Notes under the pieces: model-generated | What the model was told of the DNA's origin: nothing | Databases searched by the model: none | The model's input: only the letters and a program-made list of their open reading frames with translations | Origin: Vulcanisaeta distributa DSM 14429 | Lineage (GTDB): Archaea > Thermoproteota > Thermoprotei > Thermoproteales > Thermocladiaceae | Assembly: GCF_000148385.1 (NCBI RefSeq) | Contig: NC_014537.1 | Location: 2,190,001-2,222,000, forward strand | Direction: 5' to 3' | DNA: 32,000 nt | Shown here: positions 1 to 9,766 of the stretch, piece after piece | Layout: each line of letters opens with the position of its first letter | Position numbering within the stretch: the first letter of the stretch is position 1 | Program-made: the position numbers and the translations under genes

Positions 1-4
1 GAAT

Positions 5-442
5 GTGGAGAAGGTCTTATTTCCTCACGCTATAGCAGCATTACCGATATATGAAAGTAATAAGGTCGTATTACTACGCCAATTTAGGCCTGTCATTAAT
101 GACTACATCCTTGAAATACCAGCTGGCGTTATTGAGGAGGGTGAGAGACCTGAAATGGCATTGATCAGGGAGTTGAATGAGGAAATTGGTGCTGAGGTTG
201 ATTATTTTGAAAAGCTCTTTGAGGGCTTTACGTCACCGGGATATTCCACTGAGTACTTAACGATTTACTACGTAAGCATTAGGAGGTTGGGTGAACCAAA
301 GCCTGAGCCGCATGAGGTTATTGATAGGGTTATCGTTGATTTTAGGGATGCCGTGAATATGGTTCTTAATGGAGGCATTAGGGATGCTAAGTCCGCGCTT
401 GCGATAACGCTATATATGCTTAAGAAGGGTATTAGGGTGTGA
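5..442 (+). CDS. Nudix hydrolase (ADP-ribose pyrophosphatase-like). The frame is open to the window edge, so the true start may lie upstream.
   Basis: Nudix box GVIEEGERPEMALIRELNEEIGA fits the GX5EX7REUXEEXGU pattern. Confidence 0.8.
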   Translation: MEKVLFPHAIAALPIYESNKVVLLRQFRPVINDYILEIPAGVIEEGERPEMALIRELNEEIGAEVDYFEKLFEGFTSPGYSTEYLTIYYVSIRRLGEPKPEPHEVIDRVIVDFRDAVNMVLNGGIRDAKSALAITLYMLKKGIRV

Positions 443-448
443 TTTCGC

Positions 449-1147
449 ATGCAATTAACTGAGGAGTTGGTGCTTAAGGCCCTTGCCAATGTTAAGATAG
501 AGCCTAGGAAGTTCGCGGCATTGTACGTGTTTAGGAGTAGTAATGACATTTTTAAGGCGCTCATTGTAACCATATTGACGCAGAACACTAACGATAGAAA
601 TGCACTTAGGGCTTATGAAAACCTCATTAGGGTTGCCGGTGATATAACGCCGCAGAGGTTAATCGGTATTGGCGAGGATGCCCTTGCCAATGCCATTAAA
701 CCTGCTGGTATGCATAGGATTAGGGCTAGGAAAATCATTGAGTTGTCCAGGGTTATCCTTGAGAGGTATGGTGGTGATTTAACGTGGATCGTAGATTCAC
801 CTTTAGACGAGGCTAGGAAGGCGTTGCTTGAACTTCCAGGTGTTGGTGAGAAGACTGCGGATGTTATCCTGGTTAACCTGGGCAAACCTACGTTTCCTGT
901 TGACACTCACATCACTAGGATATCCATTAGACTTGGCATTGTTAAGTCGAGGAATTACCGCGAGATACAGAAAGCCTGGATGGGCATATTGACCCCAGAC
1001 CCAAGTAGGTACTTGGAGGTTCACCTTAAGCTTATTCAGTTTGGTAGGGATGTATGTAGGGCGAGGAACCCGAGGTGTGATATGTGTGGATTTAAGGAGG
1101 TTTGTAATTACTACATGAGTAATGTTAAGGGGAAGGTCGCTCAATAA
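449..1147 (+). CDS. nth: Endonuclease III (HhH-GPD DNA glycosylase/AP lyase with 4Fe-4S cluster)
   Basis: Helix-hairpin-helix LELPGVGEKTADVIL, a catalytic-region VDTH motif, and a C-terminal Cys cluster CRARNPRCDMCGFKEVC. Confidence 0.9.
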   Translation: MQLTEELVLKALANVKIEPRKFAALYVFRSSNDIFKALIVTILTQNTNDRNALRAYENLIRVAGDITPQRLIGIGEDALANAIKPAGMHRIRARKIIELSRVILERYGGDLTWIVDSPLDEARKALLELPGVGEKTADVILVNLGKPTFPVDTHITRISIRLGIVKSRNYREIQKAWMGILTPDPSRYLEVHLKLIQFGRDVCRARNPRCDMCGFKEVCNYYMSNVKGKVAQ

Positions 1148-1150
1148 CTT

Positions 1151-1801
1151 TTATCGAATCAACTCCTTTAGGTATGGCTCTGAATTAACTTCCTTATAGC
1201 CCTCCTTGGTTATTGTCACGACGTCAATACCCTCGCCACTCCCTGGATCGTGGTAAATGGCTGACCTGACAGCCCTAACCGCAAGTCTAATAGCATCCTC
1301 AATACTCATGTCCCTCCTGTAACCATCTTCGAGAACTCCAAACGCGGTTGGCGAACCACTGCCTGTTGCCATGAATTCCGTCTCTCTAGTCAACGTCCCG
1401 AAGAAGTCAAGCATATATATAACAGGTCCCTCATCGGGATCCCAACCGCCAAATATCATGTGGACCAAATAAATGAAGGGTCTGCTTGAGAACACAATGA
1501 GAGATGCATAGTTGGCTAGGGCCCTTATTGATATTGGCTTACCAGTCTCTATCTTGTACTGTATCGCGGTCGCCGTTAATGCATCAAGAACCTTCTGTAG
1601 ATCTGCAACACCACCGCTCATTGTTGCTGCCACGTGATTGTCGATCTTCCAAATCTTGACGCCCTTCTTCCTATGGGCTATGTAGTAACCAGCGGTTACC
1701 CTCCTATCCGTGGCTAGGACAACGCCGTCATTAACCACTATCCCTACGGTGGTTGTTCCAGTCATTAATCTATTAAGATTCTCATTACCTACTGTGAACA
1801 T
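1151..1801 (-). CDS. psmB: 20S proteasome beta subunit
   Basis: Short propeptide followed by the G|TTTVGIV catalytic-Thr motif, with an Ntn-hydrolase pattern along the ORF. I prefer the ATG at 1801 over the TTG at 1810 listed in the ORF track. Confidence 0.9.
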   Translation of the reverse strand: MFTVGNENLNRLMTGTTTVGIVVNDGVVLATDRRVTAGYYIAHRKKGVKIWKIDNHVAATMSGGVADLQKVLDALTATAIQYKIETGKPISIRALANYASLIVFSSRPFIYLVHMIFGGWDPDEGPVIYMLDFFGTLTRETEFMATGSGSPTAFGVLEDGYRRDMSIEDAIRLAVRAVRSAIYHDPGSGEGIDVVTITKEGYKEVNSEPYLKELIR

Positions 1802-1852
1802 CAATCTCAATGAGAACTGCTTTATTAATAAATCTTAACCTAATCCTCTAAT

Positions 1853-2638
1853 TCACTGAGAGGATTGCTGGGCCTGCTGTGTCTCAGGCTTTGACTCTGC
1901 CTGCTTTTCCTCAGCCTTAGCCTCCGCAGGCTTTGTCTCAGCCTCCCTCTTAATCTCTATTTCGTCAACAAAGACCACCTTATTCACACCCGTGAATCTA
2001 CTCCCAATGTCATCGGCTATCCTAGCCTTTATCGTGCCTATGTTCTCCATGAATAAAGTCTCAATGGGTAGTTTAATCGTCACGATAGAGCCGCCCTCAC
2101 CAAGCTCAACCCTGACCTTATTTATCTCAATCCTCGGTATGTACTGCTTAATTATATACTTAACCTTATCCTCAGTGGTCTCGAGCTTCTTAATTACCTT
2201 AGCCGTGACGATAAGCGTCTTACCAGCCAATGGGTGATTAAAGTCCAGGGTAACCCTACCACCCGTTATACTAACAACCCTGCCCTGTTGATTATTAACC
2301 TCAACAACATCGCCAACCCTAGGTAACTTGCCATACCTATAGAATTCCCTAATGGATATAACCCTGACCTTACTCGGGTCCCTCTGGCCAAAGGCCTTGT
2401 CCGGCGGTATCTCCACGGTTATCTCCTGACCCTCACTCGAATTCATTATTGCCTGCTCCAATGGCTCAAAGAGCTTTGTCTCGCCTATAATTATCAATCG
2501 CGGTTCATAAACCTCATCAGGCCTATAAATACCTGCCTCCTTGGCCTTATCCTCTACCGTGGTCTCCACGACCTTATTATCATCCTTATCAACAACCGTG
2601 TACTCAAGTAGTATGTAATCACCCTTCTGAAATGGCAT
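1853..2638 (-). CDS. Long archaeal FKBP-type peptidyl-prolyl cis-trans isomerase with an acidic, low-complexity C-terminal tail
   Basis: FKBP core with an insert-in-flap segment (PPDKAFGQRDPSKV, DFNHPLAGKTL), about 260 aa as in long archaeal FKBPs. The tail is EAETKPAEAKAEEKQAESKPETQQAQQ. Confidence 0.85.
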   Translation of the reverse strand: MPFQKGDYILLEYTVVDKDDNKVVETTVEDKAKEAGIYRPDEVYEPRLIIIGETKLFEPLEQAIMNSSEGQEITVEIPPDKAFGQRDPSKVRVISIREFYRYGKLPRVGDVVEVNNQQGRVVSITGGRVTLDFNHPLAGKTLIVTAKVIKKLETTEDKVKYIIKQYIPRIEINKVRVELGEGGSIVTIKLPIETLFMENIGTIKARIADDIGSRFTGVNKVVFVDEIEIKREAETKPAEAKAEEKQAESKPETQQAQQSSQ

Positions 2639-2720
2639 CGACTATGAACGATTGACCGCCCCTTTTAAATTTTAAGCTGTAAGAGAATTAGGTTTTAATT
2701 CCCTTTAGGATTAATGTAGT

Positions 2721-3017
2721 GTGATGAATGTAGCCTATGTAATGAGCCTCGCGGTTACATTATCGATAATACTGGCATTATTAGGGATTGTGCTAATAAT
2801 AATCGATATTGTGAGGAGTCACGAGAAGGAGGAGAGGGAAAAAGGGAATGAGGAAGGGAGGGAGGAGAGGAAGTCAGGTGTTGGTGGTGTGGTCCTAATA
2901 GGCCCGGTGCCTATAATCTTTGGTAATGACCCATCCATCATTAGGTGGGCTATAGTACTCACTATAATAATTGTGGTGCTATTCGTAATACTCACGTTAC
3001 TACCTGGCATACTGTGA
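2721..3017 (+). CDS. Small integral membrane protein (two hydrophobic helices flanking a charged loop); possibly the TIGR00304/DUF131-like family
   Basis: Hydrophobic N- and C-terminal helices, an EKEEREKGNEEGREERK loop, and the motif GGVVLIGPVPIIFG shared with the next ORF. Confidence 0.6.
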   Translation: MMNVAYVMSLAVTLSIILALLGIVLIIIDIVRSHEKEEREKGNEEGREERKSGVGGVVLIGPVPIIFGNDPSIIRWAIVLTIIIVVLFVILTLLPGIL

Positions 3018-3018
3018 G

Positions 3019-3354
3019 GTGACCGCCATGAGACTTTACCAACTTGGTATTTTACTAATAATCCTTGCGGTTCTCATACCAATCATAGCCGTTATAATGG
3101 CCATTGCGGTGGGGGTGAGTAATTCATATACATCACCCACATCACCCGCAAATGTGGGTGGTGCCATTGTTATATTCCCAATCGTACCAATACCAATACT
3201 CATAACCTTCGGCAAACCACAGATAACTCAACCCCTGATTTGGTTTACTTACGTAATCTTCCTAATATTCCTAGCCTTAATAATATTCTCGATAGTGCAG
3301 TATTATAGGGCTAGGAGGGAGTTGATGAGGCGTTGGCAGGAAGAGCATAAATAG
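3019..3354 (+). CDS. Small integral membrane protein, tandem paralog of 2721..3017
   Basis: The motif GGAIVIFPIVPIPILITFG parallels GGVVLIGPVPIIFG in the upstream ORF. Its start lies 1 nt after the upstream stop, which suggests translational coupling. Confidence 0.6.
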   Translation: MTAMRLYQLGILLIILAVLIPIIAVIMAIAVGVSNSYTSPTSPANVGGAIVIFPIVPIPILITFGKPQITQPLIWFTYVIFLIFLALIIFSIVQYYRARRELMRRWQEEHK

Positions 3355-3375
3355 GTTAGAGGTTAGTAGGGCTTA

Positions 3376-4503
3376 ATGAAACTATACTGGTCACCTGTTG
3401 AGCTAGCCAGTAGATTAGCGAGAAGGGGCGTTAAGTATAACTTCGCCAGTGGCGCGCCTGACCCGGATTTATTACCATTTGATGAGTTGAGGAAATCCTT
3501 CGAGAGGGTTTATGAGGAGTATGGTAAGGCAATTATTGCGTATCCAGGTGCTGGTGGTTTAAGGGAGTTGAGGGTTGAGCTCTCGAGGTATGTTAATAGG
3601 GTTCTTGGTATAAACGCTAATTGGAGAGATGTAATAGTAACCGCAGGTGCTCAACACGCTATCAAATTATTATCGCAATTATTAATGAGGAGGAGAACCG
3701 TAGTCTATGTCGAAGACCCTACATTCGTTGAGACCGTGGCGCCCATGAAATTTCAGGGTGCTAAATTAATTGGTGTACCCATTGATAATGAGGGTATGAA
3801 CATACATGAATTAGAGAGGCTGGTTAAGATTCATGGACCTGGCATCGTATACACAGTGCCCAATTGCCATAACCCAACGGGTGTATCACTCAGTAGGGAT
3901 AGGAGGAAGCACCTAATCGAAATTGCCAGGGAGCATGAATTAACGATCATCGAGGATGACCCATACACATCACTTCACTCCAATGCGGAGCCTACCCTTA
4001 AATCCATGAGTGATGATGTTGTTTATGTTGGAACATTATCGAAGGTATTAGGTCCAGGCCTAAGGATTGGCTTTGTGATAACCAATGGTGCATTAAGGAA
4101 TAATCTAGAGAAGCTTGAGCAGCACGATTTCGCGGCATCAACACTCAATCAGTACCTGGTTTATGACCTATTAAGGAGGGGTGTTGCCGACGACGTTGTA
4201 AGGAGGGCACGTGAGTTATATCCAAGGAAGCTTAGGGAGCTTATTGAGGCACTGGATGAGTATTTACCTAATGCCTTAATCTATAGGCCCATCTGTGGGT
4301 TTTATGCATTCATAAACACTGGGGTAAATGCTTGGGAGTTGTTGAGGAGGAGTATTAGGCAGGGTGTGGTGTTTGTTCCTGGGGGTAAATTCTTCATTAG
4401 CGGGGCTAAGGAGAACACGGCTAGGCTTAGTATTGGCTCAATACGCATTGACCTAATAAGGGAGGGCGTAAAGACGCTGAGTAGTGTTATTATGGCTACT
4501 TAA
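3376..4503 (+). CDS. PLP-dependent aminotransferase, class I/II (2-aminoadipate/aromatic aminotransferase-like)
   Basis: Fold-type I pattern: PNCHNPTG, IIEDDPY, and the PLP-lysine region GTLSKVLGPGLRIGF. Confidence 0.8.
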   Translation: MKLYWSPVELASRLARRGVKYNFASGAPDPDLLPFDELRKSFERVYEEYGKAIIAYPGAGGLRELRVELSRYVNRVLGINANWRDVIVTAGAQHAIKLLSQLLMRRRTVVYVEDPTFVETVAPMKFQGAKLIGVPIDNEGMNIHELERLVKIHGPGIVYTVPNCHNPTGVSLSRDRRKHLIEIAREHELTIIEDDPYTSLHSNAEPTLKSMSDDVVYVGTLSKVLGPGLRIGFVITNGALRNNLEKLEQHDFAASTLNQYLVYDLLRRGVADDVVRRARELYPRKLRELIEALDEYLPNALIYRPICGFYAFINTGVNAWELLRRSIRQGVVFVPGGKFFISGAKENTARLSIGSIRIDLIREGVKTLSSVIMAT

Positions 4504-6385
4504 TGATTATGTAATCACCACTGCTAGATCCTCTATTACTTAATCCCTTAATTATTGACGCAATTATTATGAGAAGTGTCAACAAGCCAAATATTATCAA
4601 TAATGACTTAATACCCAGTGCCCCAAACGTCCAAACCCTAACATAGATGTTATCACCTGTTATATTTACTACGTAAACGTCACTTCCGTAAATAACCATA
4701 CCAATTGATGAATTAATAGGCACACAGTATTTACCTGGACCTACGTAGTATAAACTGCCAACATTTAATACGGCATTTGGTAATTCATTGTTTAGTAAGT
4801 CAACAGGCATGAAATTGATCATGTGTGGATTAATTACTAGGCTCCCTGGACTACTACCATTTATTGTTACTTCACGTTGATAGAGTAGCGATCCATTGCC
4901 GAGCAACTCCACCTGCACTTGACTGCCAATTATGGCATTGGGTATGCTTACCCACTGGTTATTACCATTTAATGGAATGGCGTATTGATCACCATCATAC
5001 TTAATTAATAATTCAAGATTTAAGTCTGGACATTCATTAGGTATTGATATGTTTAAGACGTAGTTAGAGAATATGGGGACCTTCAACGAGCTACCCTGGT
5101 AAATAGGGTTTGGGCCTAGGTTCATTAATTCACCATTCATTAATGCGTATATGTCGTAAGTACCTGGGTAAATACATGAGTCATTAGTGAATGGTATCAA
5201 CGTTCCATTAATGTTTAAGTATATCAGGGCATCCAATGAATTACCTGCTTCATCAATTATTGATACGTCTGAACGTGGGATTAAGGGGAGACTAACCGTG
5301 ATTTCTGACGTAGGTATTGAATTTAGGTAAATGCCTATGGTCTTTATACCGTTAATGGACACATACAATGCCCTAGTTAGTATGGGGTTTATCGTTAAGT
5401 TACTCGTTAAGCTCATAATTGAACCACTCCCCGTTGTTATGAATATGTTATTACACCTCAGCTCCTGCATTGATGTGCTAATTATGTTCACAGTAACTGG
5501 ATTAACCGACATATTGATCATGCAGTAGGGCGTGTATATTAGGTATGAAGTCCATGGCGTTATTCCTGGGATCCCTGGATTAGCCAATGTGCAGTTACTA
5601 TAGTGGTACTTAATCCATGGCGCGCCGGTGAGCATTATCATGGGATTTGACGAAACAGCTAATACTAGGTTCTGCGTATTGGTTATTGGTGCGTAATAAT
5701 ATGGCGTTATTACTATGTACGTCGTACCGTTAGCCGTAATATCTATATTGCTTGAGTATGTAATATACGTGGTTATTTCGGCATAAGTACTTATCGAGCC
5801 AATATTAACGTTCGAGTATTCCGTGCCTAACTCCGCCGTTAAGTAATTACCGACATTAGCCTCGGCGGGTAATATCGATACTAACTTAATAATTGAGAAC
5901 AGGTAATTTAACCCTGGGATTGATGGTATTGATATGTTCATGGAACCCTGAGTCAACGTATACGTAATACTAGAACCAGGTATTACCAAAGCCTCAAGTG
6001 GGTATGGACCATATGAACCAATACCAAGGTAAACGCCGTATACTGGTAATGAACAATTAACCTCCATACTAACGTACTTAGGACTATAATTAATGACGGG
6101 AACATTCAGTGATGAGCCATTGTACAACACCAAGGATGCAGATACTATTCCTAGGTTTGACAAAGGGTCAAGGTATGCATTAAATAATACGTTACCTCCC
6201 TGCGAGCAGTATTGATACATAGGTATTATTAATTGATTGCTTGTTATATTAATAATCTTAGTGTACGTATGATTATCATAGTAAATGTTAATGCCTATGT
6301 AATTAATGGTTACCTGCGCATAACTGAGAATGGGCAATACCAGGAATGCCGCAATAATAGCTATCCAAAGTACCTGCCTTATCAC
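4496..6385 (-). CDS. Secreted, C-terminally membrane-anchored, Asn/Ser/Thr/Tyr-rich surface (glyco)protein of unknown function
   Basis: N-terminal signal-like helix MIRQVLWIAIIAAFLVLPILSYA and C-terminal TM LLIIFGLLTLLIIIASII followed by a basic tail. I count about 17 N-x-S/T sequons by hand. Confidence 0.6.
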   Translation of the reverse strand: MIRQVLWIAIIAAFLVLPILSYAQVTINYIGINIYYDNHTYTKIINITSNQLIIPMYQYCSQGGNVLFNAYLDPLSNLGIVSASLVLYNGSSLNVPVINYSPKYVSMEVNCSLPVYGVYLGIGSYGPYPLEALVIPGSSITYTLTQGSMNISIPSIPGLNYLFSIIKLVSILPAEANVGNYLTAELGTEYSNVNIGSISTYAEITTYITYSSNIDITANGTTYIVITPYYYAPITNTQNLVLAVSSNPMIMLTGAPWIKYHYSNCTLANPGIPGITPWTSYLIYTPYCMINMSVNPVTVNIISTSMQELRCNNIFITTGSGSIMSLTSNLTINPILTRALYVSINGIKTIGIYLNSIPTSEITVSLPLIPRSDVSIIDEAGNSLDALIYLNINGTLIPFTNDSCIYPGTYDIYALMNGELMNLGPNPIYQGSSLKVPIFSNYVLNISIPNECPDLNLELLIKYDGDQYAIPLNGNNQWVSIPNAIIGSQVQVELLGNGSLLYQREVTINGSSPGSLVINPHMINFMPVDLLNNELPNAVLNVGSLYYVGPGKYCVPINSSIGMVIYGSDVYVVNITGDNIYVRVWTFGALGIKSLLIIFGLLTLLIIIASIIKGLSNRGSSSGDYIIIK

Positions 6386-6435
6386 GGTAAGTAACTAAGA
6401 AGGGATTATAAATAATACAAACACGTAAAATAACC

Positions 6436-6489
6436 AGGTGATGATGCAGTTCGCGGAGGATTGAATGACAGAGCCTTCGAAAACTGATT
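6436..6489 (+). ncRNA. C/D-box sRNA candidate (2'-O-methylation guide)
   Basis: C box GTGATGA 6438-6444, 12-nt spacer, weak D' AGGA 6457-6460, C'-like ATGACAG 6465-6471, 12-nt spacer, D box CTGA 6484-6487. The 7-12-4-4-7-12-4 layout is canonical. Confidence 0.5.
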
Positions 6490-8134
6490 ACGCATATATT
6501 GTGGTATTCACGCTATACGGCGATGGTAACCCATGCTTCCTATTATAGGCAGCCCTTAGGAGTGCCACAAATATTGGATGCGGCCTTAGCGGTCTACTCC
6601 TGAATTCTGGGTGGAATTGAGTCGCCACGAAGAAGTAGTGGTTTGGAAGTTCTATCATCTCAACCCTGGGCACGTCAACCCTCCACGCAGAAAACACGAG
6701 ACCCTTCTCCCTAAGTATATCGAAGAACTTGGGATTAACCTCATACCTATGCCTATGCCTCTCCCTAATCTCCGTGATCCCATAAATGGCATGTGCAATT
6801 GTACCCTTCATAATGTTAATCCTCCTATCACCGAGTATCATCGTACCGCCCAATTCCTCAACATCCTTCTCCTCAGGTGTTATATCAATGACTGGATAAG
6901 GCGTGTTCGGATCAACCTCGGTCGTGTGAGCACCTTTGAGACCTGCCACATTCCTTGCAAACTCAACAACGGCGAGCTGCATTCCATAGCATATGCCTAG
7001 GAATGGAATGTTATTCTCACGTACATACCTAATGGCCTCTATCTTCCCCTCAACACCCCTGGCACCGAATCCCGGTAATACAATCACGGCATCCGCATTA
7101 TTGAGTTCCGTAACCTTAACGTGATCCTTCTCAATCTCCTCAGTATCGCACCAAACAATGTTCGGCTTGAGCCTTAACTTAGCGGCCGCGTGTTTAATGG
7201 CCTCAACAATGCTTATGTAAGAGTCATGGAGCTTAACGTACTTACCGCACATATAAACATTAATCTCCTCCTTCCCATCCTCAAGGGCATTTACAAAGGC
7301 AATCCAGTCATCAAGCTTAGGCTCTACCTGGGCTAAACCAAGCTTATTCAATATATACCTGCCCAGACCCTGCTCCTCAAGTACTAGTGGTACTTTATAA
7401 ATCGTGTCGACGTCGTACGACGTGTAAACGGCGTCGAGAGATACATTAGTGAATAGTGAGATCTTCCTCCTGGTTTGCTCGTCCAATGGCTTAGGTGACC
7501 TAGCGATTATTATGTCTGGTTGAATACCAACCCTCCTAAGCTCAGCGACGCTATGCTGTAATGGCTTTGTCTTAAGCTCGCCTGTTGTCGATAATATGGG
7601 TACCAGGGCAACATGTACGAATAACACGTCATTGGGCATCTCAAGCCTCATCTGTCTCGCAGCCTCAAGGAATGGTAATCCCTCATAATCACCCACGGTA
7701 CCACCAATCTCTATCAATACTATGTCCGGCTTCTCCCTCTTCGTTACAAGTAAAATCCTCCTCTTTACCTCCTCGGTAACATGCGGTATTAACTGAACTG
7801 TTTGGCCGAGATACTTACCCTTACGCTCCCTCCTTATGACCGTGTAATACACCTGCCCACTGGTTATGTTGTGGTATTTCGGGACCTCTATGTCGAGGAA
7901 TCGCTCATAATGCCCAAGGTCCAAGTCCGTCTCACCGCCATCAAAGGTTACGAAGACCTCGCCATGCTGGAATGGATTCATTGTACCGGCATCAACATTT
8001 AAGTATGGGTCTATCTTTATGGCCGTTACTCGATAGCCCCTGGCCTGTAGGATTTTTCCAATTGATGCTGTTGTGATGCCCTTACCTAAGCCTGATAATA
8101 CACCGCCAGTTATAAAGATGTATTTTGTCGTCAT
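6488..8134 (-). CDS. pyrG: CTP synthase
   Basis: N-terminal synthetase motif [16 protein letters not shown] and C-terminal glutamine amidotransferase motifs GICYGMQ and HRHRYE. I prefer the ATG at 8134 over the GTG at 8143. Confidence 0.95.
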   Translation of the reverse strand: MTTKYIFITGGVLSGLGKGITTASIGKILQARGYRVTAIKIDPYLNVDAGTMNPFQHGEVFVTFDGGETDLDLGHYERFLDIEVPKYHNITSGQVYYTVIRRERKGKYLGQTVQLIPHVTEEVKRRILLVTKREKPDIVLIEIGGTVGDYEGLPFLEAARQMRLEMPNDVLFVHVALVPILSTTGELKTKPLQHSVAELRRVGIQPDIIIARSPKPLDEQTRRKISLFTNVSLDAVYTSYDVDTIYKVPLVLEEQGLGRYILNKLGLAQVEPKLDDWIAFVNALEDGKEEINVYMCGKYVKLHDSYISIVEAIKHAAAKLRLKPNIVWCDTEEIEKDHVKVTELNNADAVIVLPGFGARGVEGKIEAIRYVRENNIPFLGICYGMQLAVVEFARNVAGLKGAHTTEVDPNTPYPVIDITPEEKDVEELGGTMILGDRRINIMKGTIAHAIYGITEIRERHRHRYEVNPKFFDILREKGLVFSAWRVDVPRVEMIELPNHYFFVATQFHPEFRSRPLRPHPIFVALLRAAYNRKHGLPSPYSVNTTIYA

Positions 8135-8187
8135 AATAAGCACGGTACAGCTTAATATTTAATACTTACTCTTATACTGATAGGTCA

Positions 8188-8514
8188 TTACTTAGCCATG
8201 CTCTTCATCAGTTCCTCATACACCCCCATTATTAATTCATGCCTCCTCCTCACCTTTTTCTCCAGGTCATAGAGCTCAGTCCTCATTCTATAAAGCTCAA
8301 TCCTTAATCCATTAACCCTATTGACTATGTCCAACTCACCCGGTGATAATAGGTATTCGAGCTTTGCGTCTGGTTTTAGTGTTCTAAGTATTAGGTATAT
8401 GTCTAGCTTACTGAAACCCTTACTTCTTAACTCATTCACGATACTCCTTATGTCCTTAGCCTGTGAAATTGAAAGCATTAGAAACCACCCTCTGGAGATC
8501 ATTAATGAAACCAC
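8188..8514 (-). CDS. Hypothetical small helical protein. The start is uncertain (internal Met at 8478) and overlaps the 3' end of the upstream pilin-like ORF.
   Basis: ORF only. It has a charged helical C-terminus (ELYRMRTELYDLEKKVRRRHEL) and no motif I recognise. Confidence 0.4.
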   Translation of the reverse strand: MVSLMISRGWFLMLSISQAKDIRSIVNELRSKGFSKLDIYLILRTLKPDAKLEYLLSPGELDIVNRVNGLRIELYRMRTELYDLEKKVRRRHELIMGVYEELMKSMAK

Positions 8515-8692
8515 TCAATGCATTATTGACAGAACCCTGCAAATGCATGATACCCGTCACGGCATTACCAAATAACCCACTTATTAGTGATACCAAGGCC
8601 ACGAGTACGGCCATAGATATTGCTATGAGTAAGACCTCCTCAATGAATATATCCCCCCTATTCCTAACCCTCTCCGTTTTCATGCTCATCAA
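8456..8692 (-). CDS. Small archaeal type IV pilin-like protein with a class III signal peptide
   Basis: Basic N-terminus ending in RG, followed by DIFIEEVLLIAISMAVLVALV. This fits the QxSxExxxL-type class III signal pattern, with Glu at +5 and a hydrophobic helix. Confidence 0.6.
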   Translation of the reverse strand: MMSMKTERVRNRGDIFIEEVLLIAISMAVLVALVSLISGLFGNAVTGIMHLQGSVNNALSGFINDLQRVVSNAFNFTG

Positions 8693-8729
8693 TTAAGTAA
8701 TACTCAACTCGATATATAAGGCACTACGT

Positions 8730-9722
8730 CTATGTGATAACCCTGACACCCCTCCTGAAACCCAGCTTCTTAACTACGTATGGTATTAATATGGGTAGCA
8801 CCACAGTCGCATCCTCAAGAATGAATGCCTGCCTAGCGGTTGGCTTCACCTTACCCCATGTGATGGCCTCCTTCGGGCGAGCACCACTTAATGAACCATC
8901 CCACTCAACGGCCATTGTTATGTAAACCACGTAATCAAGCCCACCGGCAAACTGACTCCACCAAATCACGTGATGCTTAGATATGCCACCGCCAATGATT
9001 AATGCACCCAGGGACTTACTCGAGTAAACGATATCCATTAACTCATGCTCATCCTTAAGAACATCAACCCTAACCTGCCTACCCCCAGTCCTCGTTCTCT
9101 GCATCTCGTTATAAGTGAGTATTGCCGTGCCAAAGGCACCATCCACAAATCCAGGCACATAAATAGGCACCCCAGCCCTTGACGCCGCCCTTAGTATTGA
9201 GTAGTCATCGTCAATCCTCCTGCCCATTTCCCAAAGTAACTCCCTAACACCCCACTCCTCCTTAATTTTTGATAATTCTTCAAGTGAAGAGTGCACGAAC
9301 TTCTCGATTAATGGTCCATAGTGCTCCTTCCTGACAGCTACATTGCCAATCCTGTGAATACCGGCCTTGCTCATCTCGATGTCGTCAACATCAAAGTAAC
9401 TCTGGTAATACTTACCACCCATTGACTTGGCTATGTCATGGTCCAGAGTACCCGCTGTCGTTATTATGACATCCGCAAATCCCCTCTCAATGAACCTGGC
9501 TAACAAACCTCGGAGTCCCGTAGAAATCAGGTTCGCCGTGAATGATAGGAAGACCGTGGTGTTAGGATCATTGTACATGCTTAATAATACGTCTGCTGCC
9601 TCGGCTATGTACCTACCTTGAAACCCGCCGATTCGTTTATAGGCTTCTATCAGATCATCTATTGTGTTTATTCCAACATCTAAATCGTAAACCTCGCTTG
9701 ATATGAACGGTGAATTACTCAT
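8730..9722 (-). CDS. dys: Deoxyhypusine synthase
   Basis: DHS-typical blocks: LSFTANLISTGLRG, TTAGTLDHD, GGGISKHH and ITWGK. I prefer the ATG at 9722 over the TTG at 9734. Confidence 0.9.
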   Translation of the reverse strand: MSNSPFISSEVYDLDVGINTIDDLIEAYKRIGGFQGRYIAEAADVLLSMYNDPNTTVFLSFTANLISTGLRGLLARFIERGFADVIITTAGTLDHDIAKSMGGKYYQSYFDVDDIEMSKAGIHRIGNVAVRKEHYGPLIEKFVHSSLEELSKIKEEWGVRELLWEMGRRIDDDYSILRAASRAGVPIYVPGFVDGAFGTAILTYNEMQRTRTGGRQVRVDVLKDEHELMDIVYSSKSLGALIIGGGISKHHVIWWSQFAGGLDYVVYITMAVEWDGSLSGARPKEAITWGKVKPTARQAFILEDATVVLPILIPYVVKKLGFRRGVRVIT

Positions 9723-9766
9723 TGAGAGATTCAAATTAATTTATTTTTAATGTTTTACGAATTTGA

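Noticed and set aside
268-1144. Antisense or alternate-frame track ORFs inside well-supported genes. This region holds 268..588, 613..906 and 803..1144. Others of the same kind are 1992..2237, 6611..7000, 7585..8002, 10613..10957, 12837..13754, 18051..18254, 21696..22067, 27450..27866 and 28698..29063.
   Set aside because: All are fully overlapped by longer ORFs with clear family motifs, and their translations are compositionally biased shadows.
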